36,333 nucleotides of DNA from Catajapyx aquilonaris. Its lineage: Eukaryota. The notes below the pieces were generated by a model, which was not told the DNA's origin, searched no databases, and saw nothing but the letters and a program-made list of their open reading frames with translations. Location: positions 1 to 36,333 of the forward strand of contig KZ539295.1 in the NCBI GenBank assembly GCA_000934665.2. The letters are read 5' to 3'. Shown here in pieces: positions 11,600 to 22,841 of this stretch. Made by a program: the position numbers and the translations under genes. Position 1 is the stretch's first letter. The number at the start of each line of letters is the position of its first letter.

Positions 11600-13024
11600 T
11601 TCCTGAATTTGATCTCGTTGTCAGACTACACTTGTCACTACACACTGTTTGTGCTCTTTATCATGATTGCACGTCCGTCTGGTGTTAATTTGTTGAACTC
11701 TCACAGTCAGTGGGGCCAACACTGCATTAGAAGATACACATAAGATTTCCTTTAAAAGATATTGCAGTAAAATTGCATGCAATTTGTCCAATTTTAGGAA
11801 CATTACTGACGATTGCTGTCCCTAAAAGCACAGGTATGACAGCAAGCCTTTCACAGTGCAAACGGGCCAGTGTGACTGCGCTTTAAGTAGGGTACTCCCA
11901 CATGTCCAGGAAATTGAAGGCCTTTGCCATCTGTAGAAATAGGCAGAATGAAGCCGGTTAGTTTAAGCCAAGTGATATTTTGATGAGCCTACTGGTTGTC
12001 TGTCTTGGTCAGAGCAAAGTCACTGCCAGCATACTGAACTGACAATAATTCTGTTCAATGCCCAATTGGATGGTGTCTCCACCTTTCCTTAGTCGTTGTC
12101 CGGCTATGGGCAGGGTCATGAGGGATATCACTTCTCACAAGTTGGGTCCTCGCGCATGATCCAAATCTGGAACAATTGAGTTCTATTCAAACCTAATGTA
12201 AGTACTTCTGAGTGGTCGAAGAACAACAAACTTGGTACATGATCTTGGTATTTCAAAATCCACTTGAAATCGCGATCTGGCATAGACTGGAAGTCAATCA
12301 TATCAACTTGATCCTGGTCACCAAAGTCGTTCGACAGAATTGGCCGAATCACACATTTGCTTGATGAGGACCTCTTTTCGAGCGGCAGCACGACAGGAAA
12401 ATCAAGAGTGCAGGTCGCGGTATGCATAGTTCATAGTCTCCATTTTTTCTTAAATATGGAAGCGGCATTTTGTCACACACATCGTATATCTCATGCCATT
12501 TTGAGCCCAATGAAATATTTCAAATGGAAGTAGCTTTTTCGGACCCAATAGCAAAATGCAATGCAAAACCTTATAACCGGAACTGGACTGCCAATTATCT
12601 TCCAGCATAATTTATTAATTTTTTGGAGTCGTCATGTTAAGACCGTTTTGCATAATGAAAATAAAATTAATTGGATCAAAATTAACTGACAGGTTACAAC
12701 TCACCAATTAATGTGGAATGCATGCGGTGAGGTGGCGTTACAGCGGTTACAGCGTCCAGCAGCGTCCCATCTTACTGCAGTGGCCGTTGTCTATACGAAG
12801 GGGTAGTGAGTTACAGCTGTTTTACACTGCAAGCCCTACATATAGCTTATAAGCGCAGGAGAAGCAAGGCCGATGTCCACCGTTCCTGTCGACAAAATGT
12901 TGTACTTTGTCCTGTAACGAAGGGTCTGGCCAAGGGTCTGGCCGACAGTAATGTGTACCACTACACTCCCTATAATCGCCATATTAATTATTGGGCACGG
13001 CCAATGGGTCAGAGTCGTTTTACA
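11600..13024 (-). mobile_element. Ginger2/TDD (KRBA2/SCAND3-like integrase) transposon remnant
   Basis: ORF 12128..12427 contains VIRPILSNDFGDQDQVDMIDFQSMPDRDFKWILKYQDH, close to the Ginger2 motif VKPI.S.DF..R.QVDLIDFQS.PDG.YKWI..YQDH. Possible TGT terminus on minus at 13024; outer boundaries uncertain. Confidence 0.75.
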
Positions 13025-13569
13025 TGCTCTTCCTGGTGTACCGGTAATAATGAAAAGACTTATATGGTATTTTATTGAGAACTATAATATTTTGTGGCGT
13101 TTTAGTTTTAGCAGTCAAAATATCTGTGTTGAGGTTCACATGGAATGAATCTGGTGATTTATCTCCTACGGCAGTATTGAGCGTATTATTGACCATTGCT
13201 TTTTGTCTTTACTGAATGGTAAAAGATGATATCAATCTCGCTGTGAAAGCATTACCTGTTGGCCTATTAATATTTCATATCTTTCGAATCATAGACTTTT
13301 CTACAAGCCACTCATTACATCAATTTCGGAATGTCTCTTGTTCTTTTGAGATCTCAATCCGTGATATTGATTATACCTGACAGGTTTATAAGTCGCCGAA
13401 TGAGGCACTGGCTACTTATGTGATAATGATTATATATACAAGCATGATATCCCACTACACTGTCGTTCGACCTAACATGTGGTACAGTACCACATTTGCA
13501 GTCACTTGTTGTCACCAATGGGTCTTGAGTACCGAGTGAAATGCGAGTGACTATGGACGAGGTTTTGTC

Positions 13570-13895
13570 TATAGGTGACTTTTGTATTCTATTGTGGCTA
13601 GTATTTTGACCAATATTTTGATGTCAACTTCCTTTGTTAGTTGGAGGAGTGTCTTGATCTCCTATCAAAAACTCCAAAAATTATGGCATGGTTTTATTGG
13701 TTGGTACATAACAATTGATTGTCCCACAACCCATTCTAAGAATATGGGATGGCAGCAGACTCTCCTGCCCGATTTGATTACTGATTTTCCTGCTTCACTA
13801 ATAATTGAAGGTATCTTTGGATTTTTCTTCACAAGGTTCCTGCCAACTATTTCAAAGAGCCTTTCAGGTGCACCTTGTGTAAAAATAAATTAACA
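13570..13895 (-). pseudogene. Possible retroviral-type integrase core remnant
   Basis: IFTQGAPERLFEIVGRNL ... CHPIFLEWVVG loosely matches G.P..I.SD.G.NF ... YHPQ.NG.VER. Confidence 0.3.
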
Positions 13896-14674
13896 CTAAC
13901 AGCGTTTAGCCGATTGTCTGGTCATGACCTCTCAATGGGGAAAAAAAATGCCACATAGGAATTGATGGAATGCGTGCTCATCGGGATGGCCTGTGTCGTA
14001 GATGAATCTGAAGAAGTCCCATCCGACAATGAGGAGTTGCGATATTATTTGATGATTGTGTGCCTCACTAGCTTGATCCAGATGCTTACAGAGAGTATAA
14101 CGTTTCGATATTTGTGGATGAGTTGCCATAAAAAAATATGGTGATATCAGGGTGATATTATGTAACTATTGGAATATTTTAAAGAAAAAAACCTTATTTA
14201 TCAGCCATTGATGTCCCTTAAAATGATTAAAATCTAAATATCGCGGTAAAATCAGCCTTGCCAATATTATGCTGTGAACCACGCACACCACACCCAAGTA
14301 TTTGGGAGTATAGAGACTATTCTTGACAATTGCTTGCTGTCTTACTGAAATGTGAACGATGATGTAAATCTCTCTGTCTTCCTGGCTCTTTATGAATGTT
14401 TAGTTTAGAATAAATGGACTTCACCATGCGATAGAGCAGAAAATACTGCAGTGGTAAAAATGATGCAAAACGGTAAAAATGGGACTTTGTGTGTTTCACT
14501 TCTATGCAGACGATATTCAGTTTGCATGTGGTACAATTTATATTCTTTAAAAAATGACAAATTATTATTTAAAACTTCCAATCATTGCTTGTGGAAAACC
14601 TAGGTGGAAAACGAGGAAGAGGGGGGCTTACCAGATAACTATATGAGTGGCCGTGGTGTTCTTCAGTAAATGTA

Positions 14675-14887
14675 CCCCCGCGAGCATAAAGATGGAGACG
14701 GCAGGCCCTTTTTTGACCTTTCTTTATCCGACTCAAATTAATGAACTCTTTTTGGACCGAGAGTTAGCTGCTTCAGGCGTGTGTTCGTGTATTTATGTCA
14801 GTATATTTGATACCGTAATAGCTGAGATTGGCAGAGCAGCCTGCCGAAGGTGAGGGCTTGCCGTCTCCATCTTTATGCTCGCGGGTG
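14675..14887. mobile_element. Tc1/mariner-type MITE
   Basis: About 35-bp TIR C(C/A)CCCGCGAGCATAAAGATGGAGACGGCA(G/A)GCCCT with TA on both flanks (14673-74, 14888-89). Confidence 0.85.
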
Positions 14888-14979
14888 TACCTTGCTTCTG
14901 TAATGTTAAGTGTGGCAGGACGCAGCGTCCGTATAGCCTTGATGATCTTTCCAAGGTCCAGTCCCTCTCCTGGAAAAAC

Positions 14980-15290
14980 ATCACATCAGGATATCATACC
15001 GTTTAAAACAATTCGCCTTCCATACAGCGTAAACTCAAACTCTATTTGGAACTAAATAACGAGGAGTTTACGATTGTAATGTGCACTAAAACAATACCAG
15101 TCCAAAAACAAAGATTCCGACTGGATATTCGTCCGACATAATATATTGCTAACACCCTATACCGCATGTCGTTTCTGGTGTTCCATCGACTCCGAAGCAC
15201 AGGTTATATATGACAATGCGAATCACTTTCTCGCGGGCATCCTTTCAAGTTCAGCGATCTGATATTTTTCAAGTGTTCACCAATTCCGAG
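14980..15290 (+). pseudogene. Possible decayed LTR-retrotransposon integrase fragment
   Basis: Scattered-frame motifs QSKNKDSDWIFV and VIYDNANHF resemble the integrase core (SK.G..WI.V ... I.SDN...F). Confidence 0.3.
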
Positions 15291-15335
15291 CAAACTATAT
15301 GTTTGTGGCTGAGACCAGATGCAGTGAGAATGAAA

Positions 15336-16412
15336 TGCCAGATTTGTGTCCTACTATTACAGAGCTTCTCATTCCTGTGATTCGTTGGAACAATTACGTG
15401 TTATTTAATTCCAAAATAAGACAAAGGAAACCACCACAAGGAGTCCTTTGGAACAGTTACTATAGGTCAATTATCGCACTTTTCTTTCCTTCACTTGAAT
15501 TATGCAGTCCTTATTCGTGTGAGCCTTACGGATCAGTGATGTGACTCGGAATTTTCTGAAAGAAAAACGACTATTGAGAACTAATTTACATGACGATTTC
15601 CAAGGTTAAATTGTTTAATGCTGCAGCTTGTGACACCAACAATTTACATGTATAAAGTGGCACGTTATTTGAATCACACTGACTGCCAGCTCTAACCATC
15701 CAGATGCTCACGACTGATAATGTTTTTAGCATAGCCTGAGTTGTCACGAATGGATTGTGACGTGGCTACTGTTTTATTTTTACACTATTATCTGCACAAC
15801 ATTTTTGTTACTTTGTGATTGTGTTTTCGTCTCAGTGAATGTAATTTCTTCATCATATTCAGCTGACATGGCTAAAGACAACATGGCCAGCTGTGGCAGC
15901 TCCTGTATTCCGTTGTTGTCGGAATGAAGAGTTATTTAAACTGCCAATGTCTGCGCTTGCAACAATGAGTTGTCTCCGAGGACATTTCCATTCCAGGTGA
16001 AGCGATCCGTAGTCAGTCTCCATGTCATGCAATATACCCTTGTGCCTGTAACCATGAGAAATACGAAACATGCACCATGTGTAAGACTTTCGCCTTTTTT
16101 TTCCATTCCTGGTTCTTCTTGCCAATCTGACATTTGTACGGAAAGTGTGGTCTTGCAATGAGAATCTTCTTGCGTAATAGGTATGTCTTTTTCATGATGT
16201 TATTGTCGTGTGCCACCCGCGTGGGACACGAAACTGGTATTATATTTTATCCTGATGGTTGGAAATCATTTTGTTATTTTTAAGTATACTCTTGGACTCC
16301 TTGACTGTCATTTTTTCAGATTACTTCCAGGGGGAAATGCACTGATATTTGCAACAATTACTCGCTTGCAGAACTAAAGATATCATCATCAGCAAGTCCT
16401 GATGCACAATTA
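15336..16412 (+). repeat. Copy 1 of an old local direct duplication
   Basis: 15336-15692 aligns with 19080-19451, and 15729-16412 aligns with 20580-21589 with indels. Confidence 0.9.
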
Positions 16413-18065
16413 TTTTGTCCTTCTTTGTTCTTCTTTGTCCTTCTTTGAATGATGTGTTATTCGTAGAACAGAAGCAGCCATATGGAATATGAGCTCTGTC
16501 CTGGTCTTGTATCAATCGCCTTTAGTACGGCGCAACCCATATCAGCACGTGAACGGTGATATTTCGGCAATGTTCAATAATGTCCCAGAGACAGTTTTAA
16601 GTCACAGTGCGCCTGATAGTGGGTGTTCATAGTGGGTGATAGTGGGTGTTGTCAAGTTCATGTATCAGTAACTCACTGACTGTTGACAATTATTAAGTCA
16701 AACGGACTGGGTTGATATGATATCTGGAGAAAGGCCTGTACCCATTTCCGTTATTCTGTCTCCGAACTAGTTAGGCTGCTATAACTAGACACACCCACAT
16801 TAGTATAATAATTATTATTACAAGTCTTCATATAAAGCTGGTGAAGATATTGCCAACCTCTCAATGTATAATACCAGCCACGTATATGGAAGATCACAAC
16901 GCCATGTCCTTTGGCATCAGAAACCGAGAGTGACGCAACGTAGCATCCATTGTATAGATAAGAACTGTTTGATTGAGTAATAATACAGTATGCTAGCGGT
17001 ACAATTTTTATTCTAAATATGGAAAATTATTATTATACTCCCAATCACGGATATTTCAAAAGGAGGTGAGAGAACTGTGCAAATATTTTCTGATATATTC
17101 ACTGGACAATTCTGCATACCATTGTGGTCGGTTTAGTACATTAATATCAACCTTTGCAGGTAAGTGATGATTCATGAGCCATTGAATGACAAAAGTCATC
17201 AAAAGTCTGCCTATCCACACTGTATTTTTTTTTCTTAGCATCATTGCAAATTGGAGAATTTTTATGCGTATATCATAGGAAGAGAAACTGTCTGCCTTGT
17301 GTGCAATAGACACGGGATTTGATGGTCCTCTCCTAACCCATGTGGGGTTCCTCGGCCTCCATGGCGGAACACCGCTTGTGGCACGTTCATTGTTCTGGGA
17401 CTGTGTCGCCTCAGTGGTGATAAGTCTCCCTGTGAATAAGAATGCCTTACTAGAATACACCTGTTTCCATTTATTGTCTTTTCCCCGTGTAGGTGCAGTT
17501 CAAGATTAATGTAGTTTATAGTCCGTGGTCATTCCCTTGATTGGCCCTGAGTTTTATTGTGTTACTCGGGATGTATCTTCGATTGACCTCCGTCCCTCTT
17601 TAACAGTTGTGATATACAGAGAAACAAAATTCGTTTCGAATCTCACCTTTTTCCTGGTAGTGTTTCAATTGCATTTAGTTCGGCACACTGTGGAACCATT
17701 TTCAGTCTATATTTTGACCACATTCCAGCAATTTCTAATAACGGTCGTATTTTTTTTTTCCAAAGGAAAATGAAACAAAGGACTAAAGAATATTTTCACC
17801 TCGTCTTCGAAGAGAAGTAGAGAAGTCGAATTAATTGAGATGAGGTTAAATCAGTCACGTGATTCAACTTCATCAACAATAATATACTAAAGTAACCCTA
17901 TGTGATTGCAGATGTGGGATGGTTGGGACATAAAATTACCTCGCTAATATTTCTCCAACTATTTATCTTGTAATATTCGTACTCTGCTATAATATTGCGC
18001 AAATGGCTTCCTCTGTCAGAACGTGTAGAAAGGGCTCGCAAATGTTCCAGACAGTGTACACGGCG

Positions 18066-18340
18066 CCCAAAGGTGGATGTTACAGTTATAGATTAATTAA
18101 AGCAACTGATTTACCATGGAAAAACGTCGGGACATGACCTCAGCCATCAACTCCAGCAGATTGAAACTTGCAATTTTTATTGATCCTTATCATACGTATA
18201 GTCACATGCCGTGTAATATACGCTTGTGCGTGTGACCCGGTGTGACCACGTGAGAAATAGAAACATCACTTTCGCCTTTTTCCCACTCCTATTGTGCGAA
18301 TCATGGTTATTCTTGAACATCTGACATTTATCAGAAATGT
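18066..18340 (+). repeat. Third, more diverged partial copy of the repeat at about 21088-21315
   Basis: Shared TAGATTAATTAAA, CAACTGATTTACCA, TGAGAAATA(C)GAAACAT, ACTTTCGCC and CATCTGACATTT in the same order. Confidence 0.7.
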
Positions 18341-18653
18341 TTATTGCTTCCTTCTTTGAAATCTAAACGAGGAAGTCCGTCTCGTTTGCTAGGCGCAAGG
18401 TAATATCTGTTGGCTAATTAAGCTGTTATGTCTCTCGAGTCCTTCATATGCTGTAACAACTGATCCCCTACTGACTTAAGTCGTACATTACATTTGCTGC
18501 ATTTACCGGTAGTGGGTGGAACCTCTGAACACCACCTGTGTCATGTGGTGAATATGACAAGATGATCCACTGTGTGAATCAAAATGATAATGTAGACAAA
18601 AAGTGACAGCTTCTGTTTCCAAGAGATGTGTCGTTAATCGATAGGGGACTATA

Positions 18654-19077
18654 CAGGGTGTATCTGAACTCAGTGCCCCGACGTATATGACTGCCTTCCT
18701 AGCCACCAGAGGATCGATTTAAGTATAGGAGTCATATGTCTGGGCAGCCTCATTACTGAGATACACTCTTTAGCGATTTTTGCCTAATCGCTCCTTCTGA
18801 CTTTTAAATAGAATTTTCTGGTGTAACTAGCCAAAGAGGCCTTACCACCTGTGGGCAACAAACCAACAAAGTCCCGCCCCCAGACCTTCCAGAGCCTTCT
18901 GACTGGGGGAGGGTTCGATGGGTGGCCTAACCGACAGGATATTTTGTACTACATGTTTGCGGCCAATTATCTCCGTAATGAGGCTGCCCAGACATATGAC
19001 TCCTATACTTAAATCGATCCTCTGGTGGCTAGGAAGGCAGTCATATACGTCGGGGCACTGAGTTCAGATACACCCTG
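18654..19077. mobile_element. Young Tc1/mariner-type MITE with 110-bp TIRs
   Basis: TA|CAGGGTGTATCTGAACTC...; 18654-18763 versus 18968-19077 shows one mismatch by eye; TA TSD. Confidence 0.95.
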
Positions 19078-19459
19078 TATGCCAGGTTTGTGTCCTACTA
19101 TTACATAGCTTCTCATTCCTTTGATTCGATGGAACAATTACGTGTTACATATTCCAAAATCTGATAAAGCAAACCACCATAAGGAGTCCTTTGTAACAGT
19201 TACTAGGTCAATTATCGCACTTTTCTATCCTGCTCTTGAATTATGCAGTCCTTAATATCAGTTAATATTCGTGTGACAGTACCTTACGGGATCAGTGATG
19301 TGACTCGTAACATTCTGGGGTAAAAGTGACTGTTGAGAAGTAATTTATATGACGATTTCCAATGTGAAATTGTTTAATGGTGCAGCTTATGACAGAAACA
19401 ATTTACATGTGTAAAGTAGCACATTATTTTAAGCACACTGACTACCGGCTCTGCTCGTC

Positions 19460-20340
19460 TAACTGTTGAAATTGGTATACCACTTTTGGCCTCAAGACCA
19501 AGTCTGATGGTTGTCGCGAGGTGATGGACCAACATTTAACACCACGTCATTCTGCCATTAAGATGTGGCTTACTTAGTCATGATTTTTTTTCCTGAGGCA
19601 ACTTTCCTTAGGTGGAATCTGTTTCTCATTCCCAAAATTATGAGCTGTATTTTTCCAAAACAAAATATTTCACATCGTCCTATTTGGTACAACATTCAAT
19701 ATAAGAGTGCTAAGGTCACCCTCTTCCCGTCTTTTGGATGGTGAAATTTGATGCAGCCACTGACCTTTTCATACATACGAAATAAGTAATGACTGATTCT
19801 GGTGTGGGCACATGGGAACCAAGGTGTCCTATATCCGCACCAGCTGTGCGGAACACATCGTAGTCATAACGCATGCGGCTAATCCTTGAACCTCTGTAGT
19901 CTGGGTGTGAGGTCATCGAGCCCTTTCTTTTTGAGGATGGGCAATAACGGGTTGTGATCCGTCTCTAGATGGAATCTCACATCAGGTACATAGTCCATAA
20001 ACTTGTCACATGCCCATGCCAAAGGGAGACACTCCTTTTTAATTTGACAATATCTGTTCTCTCATAATAATTGCTTCCACTTCAACTGGATCTGGCGGAC
20101 TGATGCCTTTTTGAGATACCATATTCCCTAGAAATCTCAACTCTTGCAATGCAAAGGGGCATTTCTGTGGGTTCAAGGCGTATCCAGCAGTGGATATACC
20201 GTTGTAGAACTCCTCACAGGAGAATGTGTGTCTCTCTATGTTGTCGCAAGTCGTCCAAATTCAGGATCCTCCTTTCGATACCTCCCTGCTGTATCGATAT
20301 TTCTGCCAGCGTGTTTCTGACGAACGTTTCGAAGGGAATT
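19460..20340 (-). pseudogene. pol: Decayed Ty3/gypsy pol (RT-RNase H) fragment
   Basis: About 20070-20200 reads AGYALNPQKCPFALQELRFLGNMVSQKGISPPDPVEVEAI (RT C-terminal region); ORF 19716..19916 HPDY...VITY...AASNFTI resembles RNase H. Confidence 0.75.
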
Positions 20341-20628
20341 GCATTGTCACCCACCAACTTGTTTAGCTGTAATGATATAAATATACAGAATTACGTATAT
20401 AATTATACACTGTACGCAGTCGCCTTGTACGAATTAGGTGTTTATTTGAATAAGGCCCGTTGGGCATTGGGGCTTGCAGTGAAGTCCCAAATCTCCTTCG
20501 TGGATACGTTTCGGTCTTGTTTGATATGAAAGTGCCTGATATTTGATTAGACGTAAACGTAATAACCATGCAGATGCATATAGCCTGAGTTGTCACGAAT
20601 ATATTTTGATGTGGATAGTGTAACTATT

Positions 20629-21414
20629 ACAAGTGGGAAACCAAGGCTTATCGTGTGCCACCCACGGTGGACACGAAAAAATGTTTTATTTTTACACTAT
20701 TATCTGCACAACATTTTTGTTACTTTGTGATTGCCTTTTGGTCTCAGTGAATGTCATTTCTTCATCATATTTCTATGGCAAGTCAGCTGACATGGCTAAA
20801 GACAACAATCATGGCCAGCTGTGGAAGCTCCTGTTTTCTGTTGTTGTAGGAATGAAGAGTTATTTAAACTGCCAATGTCTGCGCTTGCAACAATGAGTTG
20901 TCTCCGAGGACATTTCCAGGTGAAGCGATTAGCATGCCAACTTCTTGGATGCTGTTAGCGAGGCTTCAAATCTCTTTGTCTCCTCGTTAGGTAACAGACC
21001 GTTGTTGCTGCGAGCAAAAAGACACGTCAAGTCTTTAAAACTTCATCGATTTAATGTTTGATTAACAGTGACAATACAGCTGTACTACCCAAAAATGGAC
21101 GTCGCAGGTGTAGATTAATTAAATGTACAACTGATTTACCAAGGTCGTGACGTGACCGCCGTAATCATCCCAGCATATTGGAACTCGCAATATTTATTGT
21201 TCCTTGTCATAGTCAGTGCCCATGCCATGCAATACACCCTTGTGCCTGTGACCATGAGAAATACGAAACATGAACCATGTGTGTGACTTTCGCCCATCTG
21301 ACATTTGTAAGGAAATGATCTTGCAGTGATAATCTCTTTACGTAATAGGTATGTCGTGTTCAAGATGAATCACTGCTGTTATTGTCGTCCCACCCGCGTG
21401 GGACACGAAACTGG
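20629..21414. mobile_element. Non-autonomous Helitron/Helentron (HINE/DINE-1-like) element
   Basis: A CGTGT(G/C)CCAC...GTGG(G)ACACG-type palindrome lies near both ends (20652-20675, 21386-21407). The minus strand ends subTIR, short hairpin, CTTGT; the plus strand alternatively reads hairpin then CTGG|T (CTRR). Paralogous end at 16207-16237. Confidence 0.6.
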
Positions 21415-21600
21415 TATTATATTTTACCATGATCGTTGCAAATCATTTTGATATTTTCAGTCTGCCGTTGGACTCCTTGATTGTCATTTTTTCGGAGTAC
21501 TTCCAGGGGGAAATGCACTACTATTTGCATAAGTTACTCGCTTGCAGAAATAAAGGTATCATAATCAGCAAGTCCTGATGCACATTATTAGCCTGTACAT

Positions 21601-21720
21601 CAGTGCGTGGTCGGCAACCTTATGTCAAGGGTGGGCCGGATAAAATTTTTTCCAACCTTCCGAGGGCCGGCCGCTATATGATAATTAAGATAGCCATTTC
21701 GAAAGTTTATTCTCCGCTCC
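21601..21720 (+). mobile_element. Left end of a hAT/Charlie-like MITE
   Basis: CAGTG..TGGTCGGCAACCTT...GGGCCGG...GAGGGCCGG is typical of Charlie-type ends; truncated near the (CA)n run and LTR. Confidence 0.45.
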
Positions 21721-21736
21721 CCCACACACACACACA

Positions 21737-22751
21737 TGACGGGTGAGGTGTTGTGGGAGTCTTTTGGAAGGGAGTCGGATGGTGTTGTGGGTGTCTTCTT
21801 GAAGGGAGTTGGATTGGTTCTTTTCCCGGCTGTTCTTTTACGATCAGGTGTGATGCCAGGTTCTACTTTCCGGGGATCACAATAGGTGTTAAGGATAAGG
21901 CCCTAGGTGTTGGGTTGTTTGACCTTATCCTGCCCTAGTCCGTGCTTCCGGCGACTCGATAAGTCGTGAGGGGGAAGCTCTTCTGTAATAATCGAGTCCG
22001 ATAATCCGGGCGGTGCGAGCCTGCTGGCCCAGACATCATTCTCTTACCTTACTTGTGTATGTTCAGGCGGCGCAGCCTGCTGGCCCAAGCATGACACTCG
22101 TAAGTATTATTAATAGAAGTACGTGGGAATTGCCTAATCAGAATGAATAGTCGGATTGGATGACCCGGGCGGCGCGAGCCTGCTGGCCCAGGTATCCGTT
22201 CCTCCTGCCGGGAGTATACTGGGGTGGCGCCTACCCAAATATGACCCCTGGACAGTTTACTATTTATACCTGTACTCTCTATATGAAAAGAAACACAATA
22301 ATGTTATCTTTTAATACGGAGTGGCAAGTGTATCAGTAGCCGCCAAGTCTCGGGGAGAGCTCCCTGTTCAGGGGACCTTCCACTTGGACTGCTGGCCACT
22401 GACTGACTTTCCGAGGCACCGTTAGCTTTATTTACACCTCGGTTTGCGTACGGTAACGCGGGTAAGGGCCAGTTGCACCGACCTCAGTATATCTTAGAAC
22501 CTCGGGTATATCAAGAATTGCCATAGCAATCATTGTTGACCAACAATGATTGCTATGGCAATTCTTGATATACCCGAGGTTCTAAGATATACTGAGGTCG
22601 GTGCAACTGGCCCTAAGACAGGGGTCTGGGCAACGAAAACCAAGGAGAATTAAACACACAACGAAAGACCCCTGGTTACACCACGTTACCATGCACAACC
22701 AAAATAATCAATGCACTTTACAATAACAATGATGTATGACTTGACATTACA
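21737..22751 (-). mobile_element. 3' LTR of the Ty3/gypsy element
   Basis: Minus strand begins TGTAATG directly after a PPT and ends ...CCCGTCA. TATAAATA on minus at 22261-22268. No 5' LTR in the window, so the left boundary is inferred. Confidence 0.65.
22466..22613. mobile_element. PIF/Harbinger MITE, perfect 148-bp palindrome inside the LTR
   Basis: 73-bp perfect arms beginning GGGCCAGTTGCACC, 2-nt spacer AC, TAA TSD at 22463-65 and 22614-16. Confidence 0.92.
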
Positions 22752-22755
22752 ATTA

Positions 22756-22767
22756 CTTCCTTCTTCT
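22756..22767 (-). promoter_or_regulatory. Polypurine tract
   Basis: Minus strand reads TTTTT AGAAGAAGGAAG TAAT|TGTAATG, directly upstream of the LTR. Confidence 0.7.
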
Positions 22768-22841
22768 AAAAAGAGTGTTAACCCACACGGGTGAACAGCT
22801 TCTTTTTCTCTCTCTTTTTTAAAAACTTCTTCATCTCTCTG

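Larger units (their letters stand above)
19080..21589 (+). repeat. Copy 2 of the local duplication, interrupted at about 19452-20579
   Basis: Colinear with 15336-16412. Confidence 0.85.

Noticed and set aside
13950..14222. Kolobok end (CCC|TTAA) with a P2X7-like remnant (AYREY)
   Set aside because: Too little similarity and no matching left end found.
16616..16650. ATAGTGGGTG x3
   Set aside because: Ordinary short slippage repeat.
17560..17710. Mariner HTH (VKEGRRSIEDTSR) or THAP (MVPQC) remnant on minus
   Set aside because: Two conflicting short matches; neither could be extended.
22005..22197. Three spaced repeats read as a CRISPR-like array
   Set aside because: Eukaryotic LTR context, unequal spacing, imperfect repeats and no cas genes.
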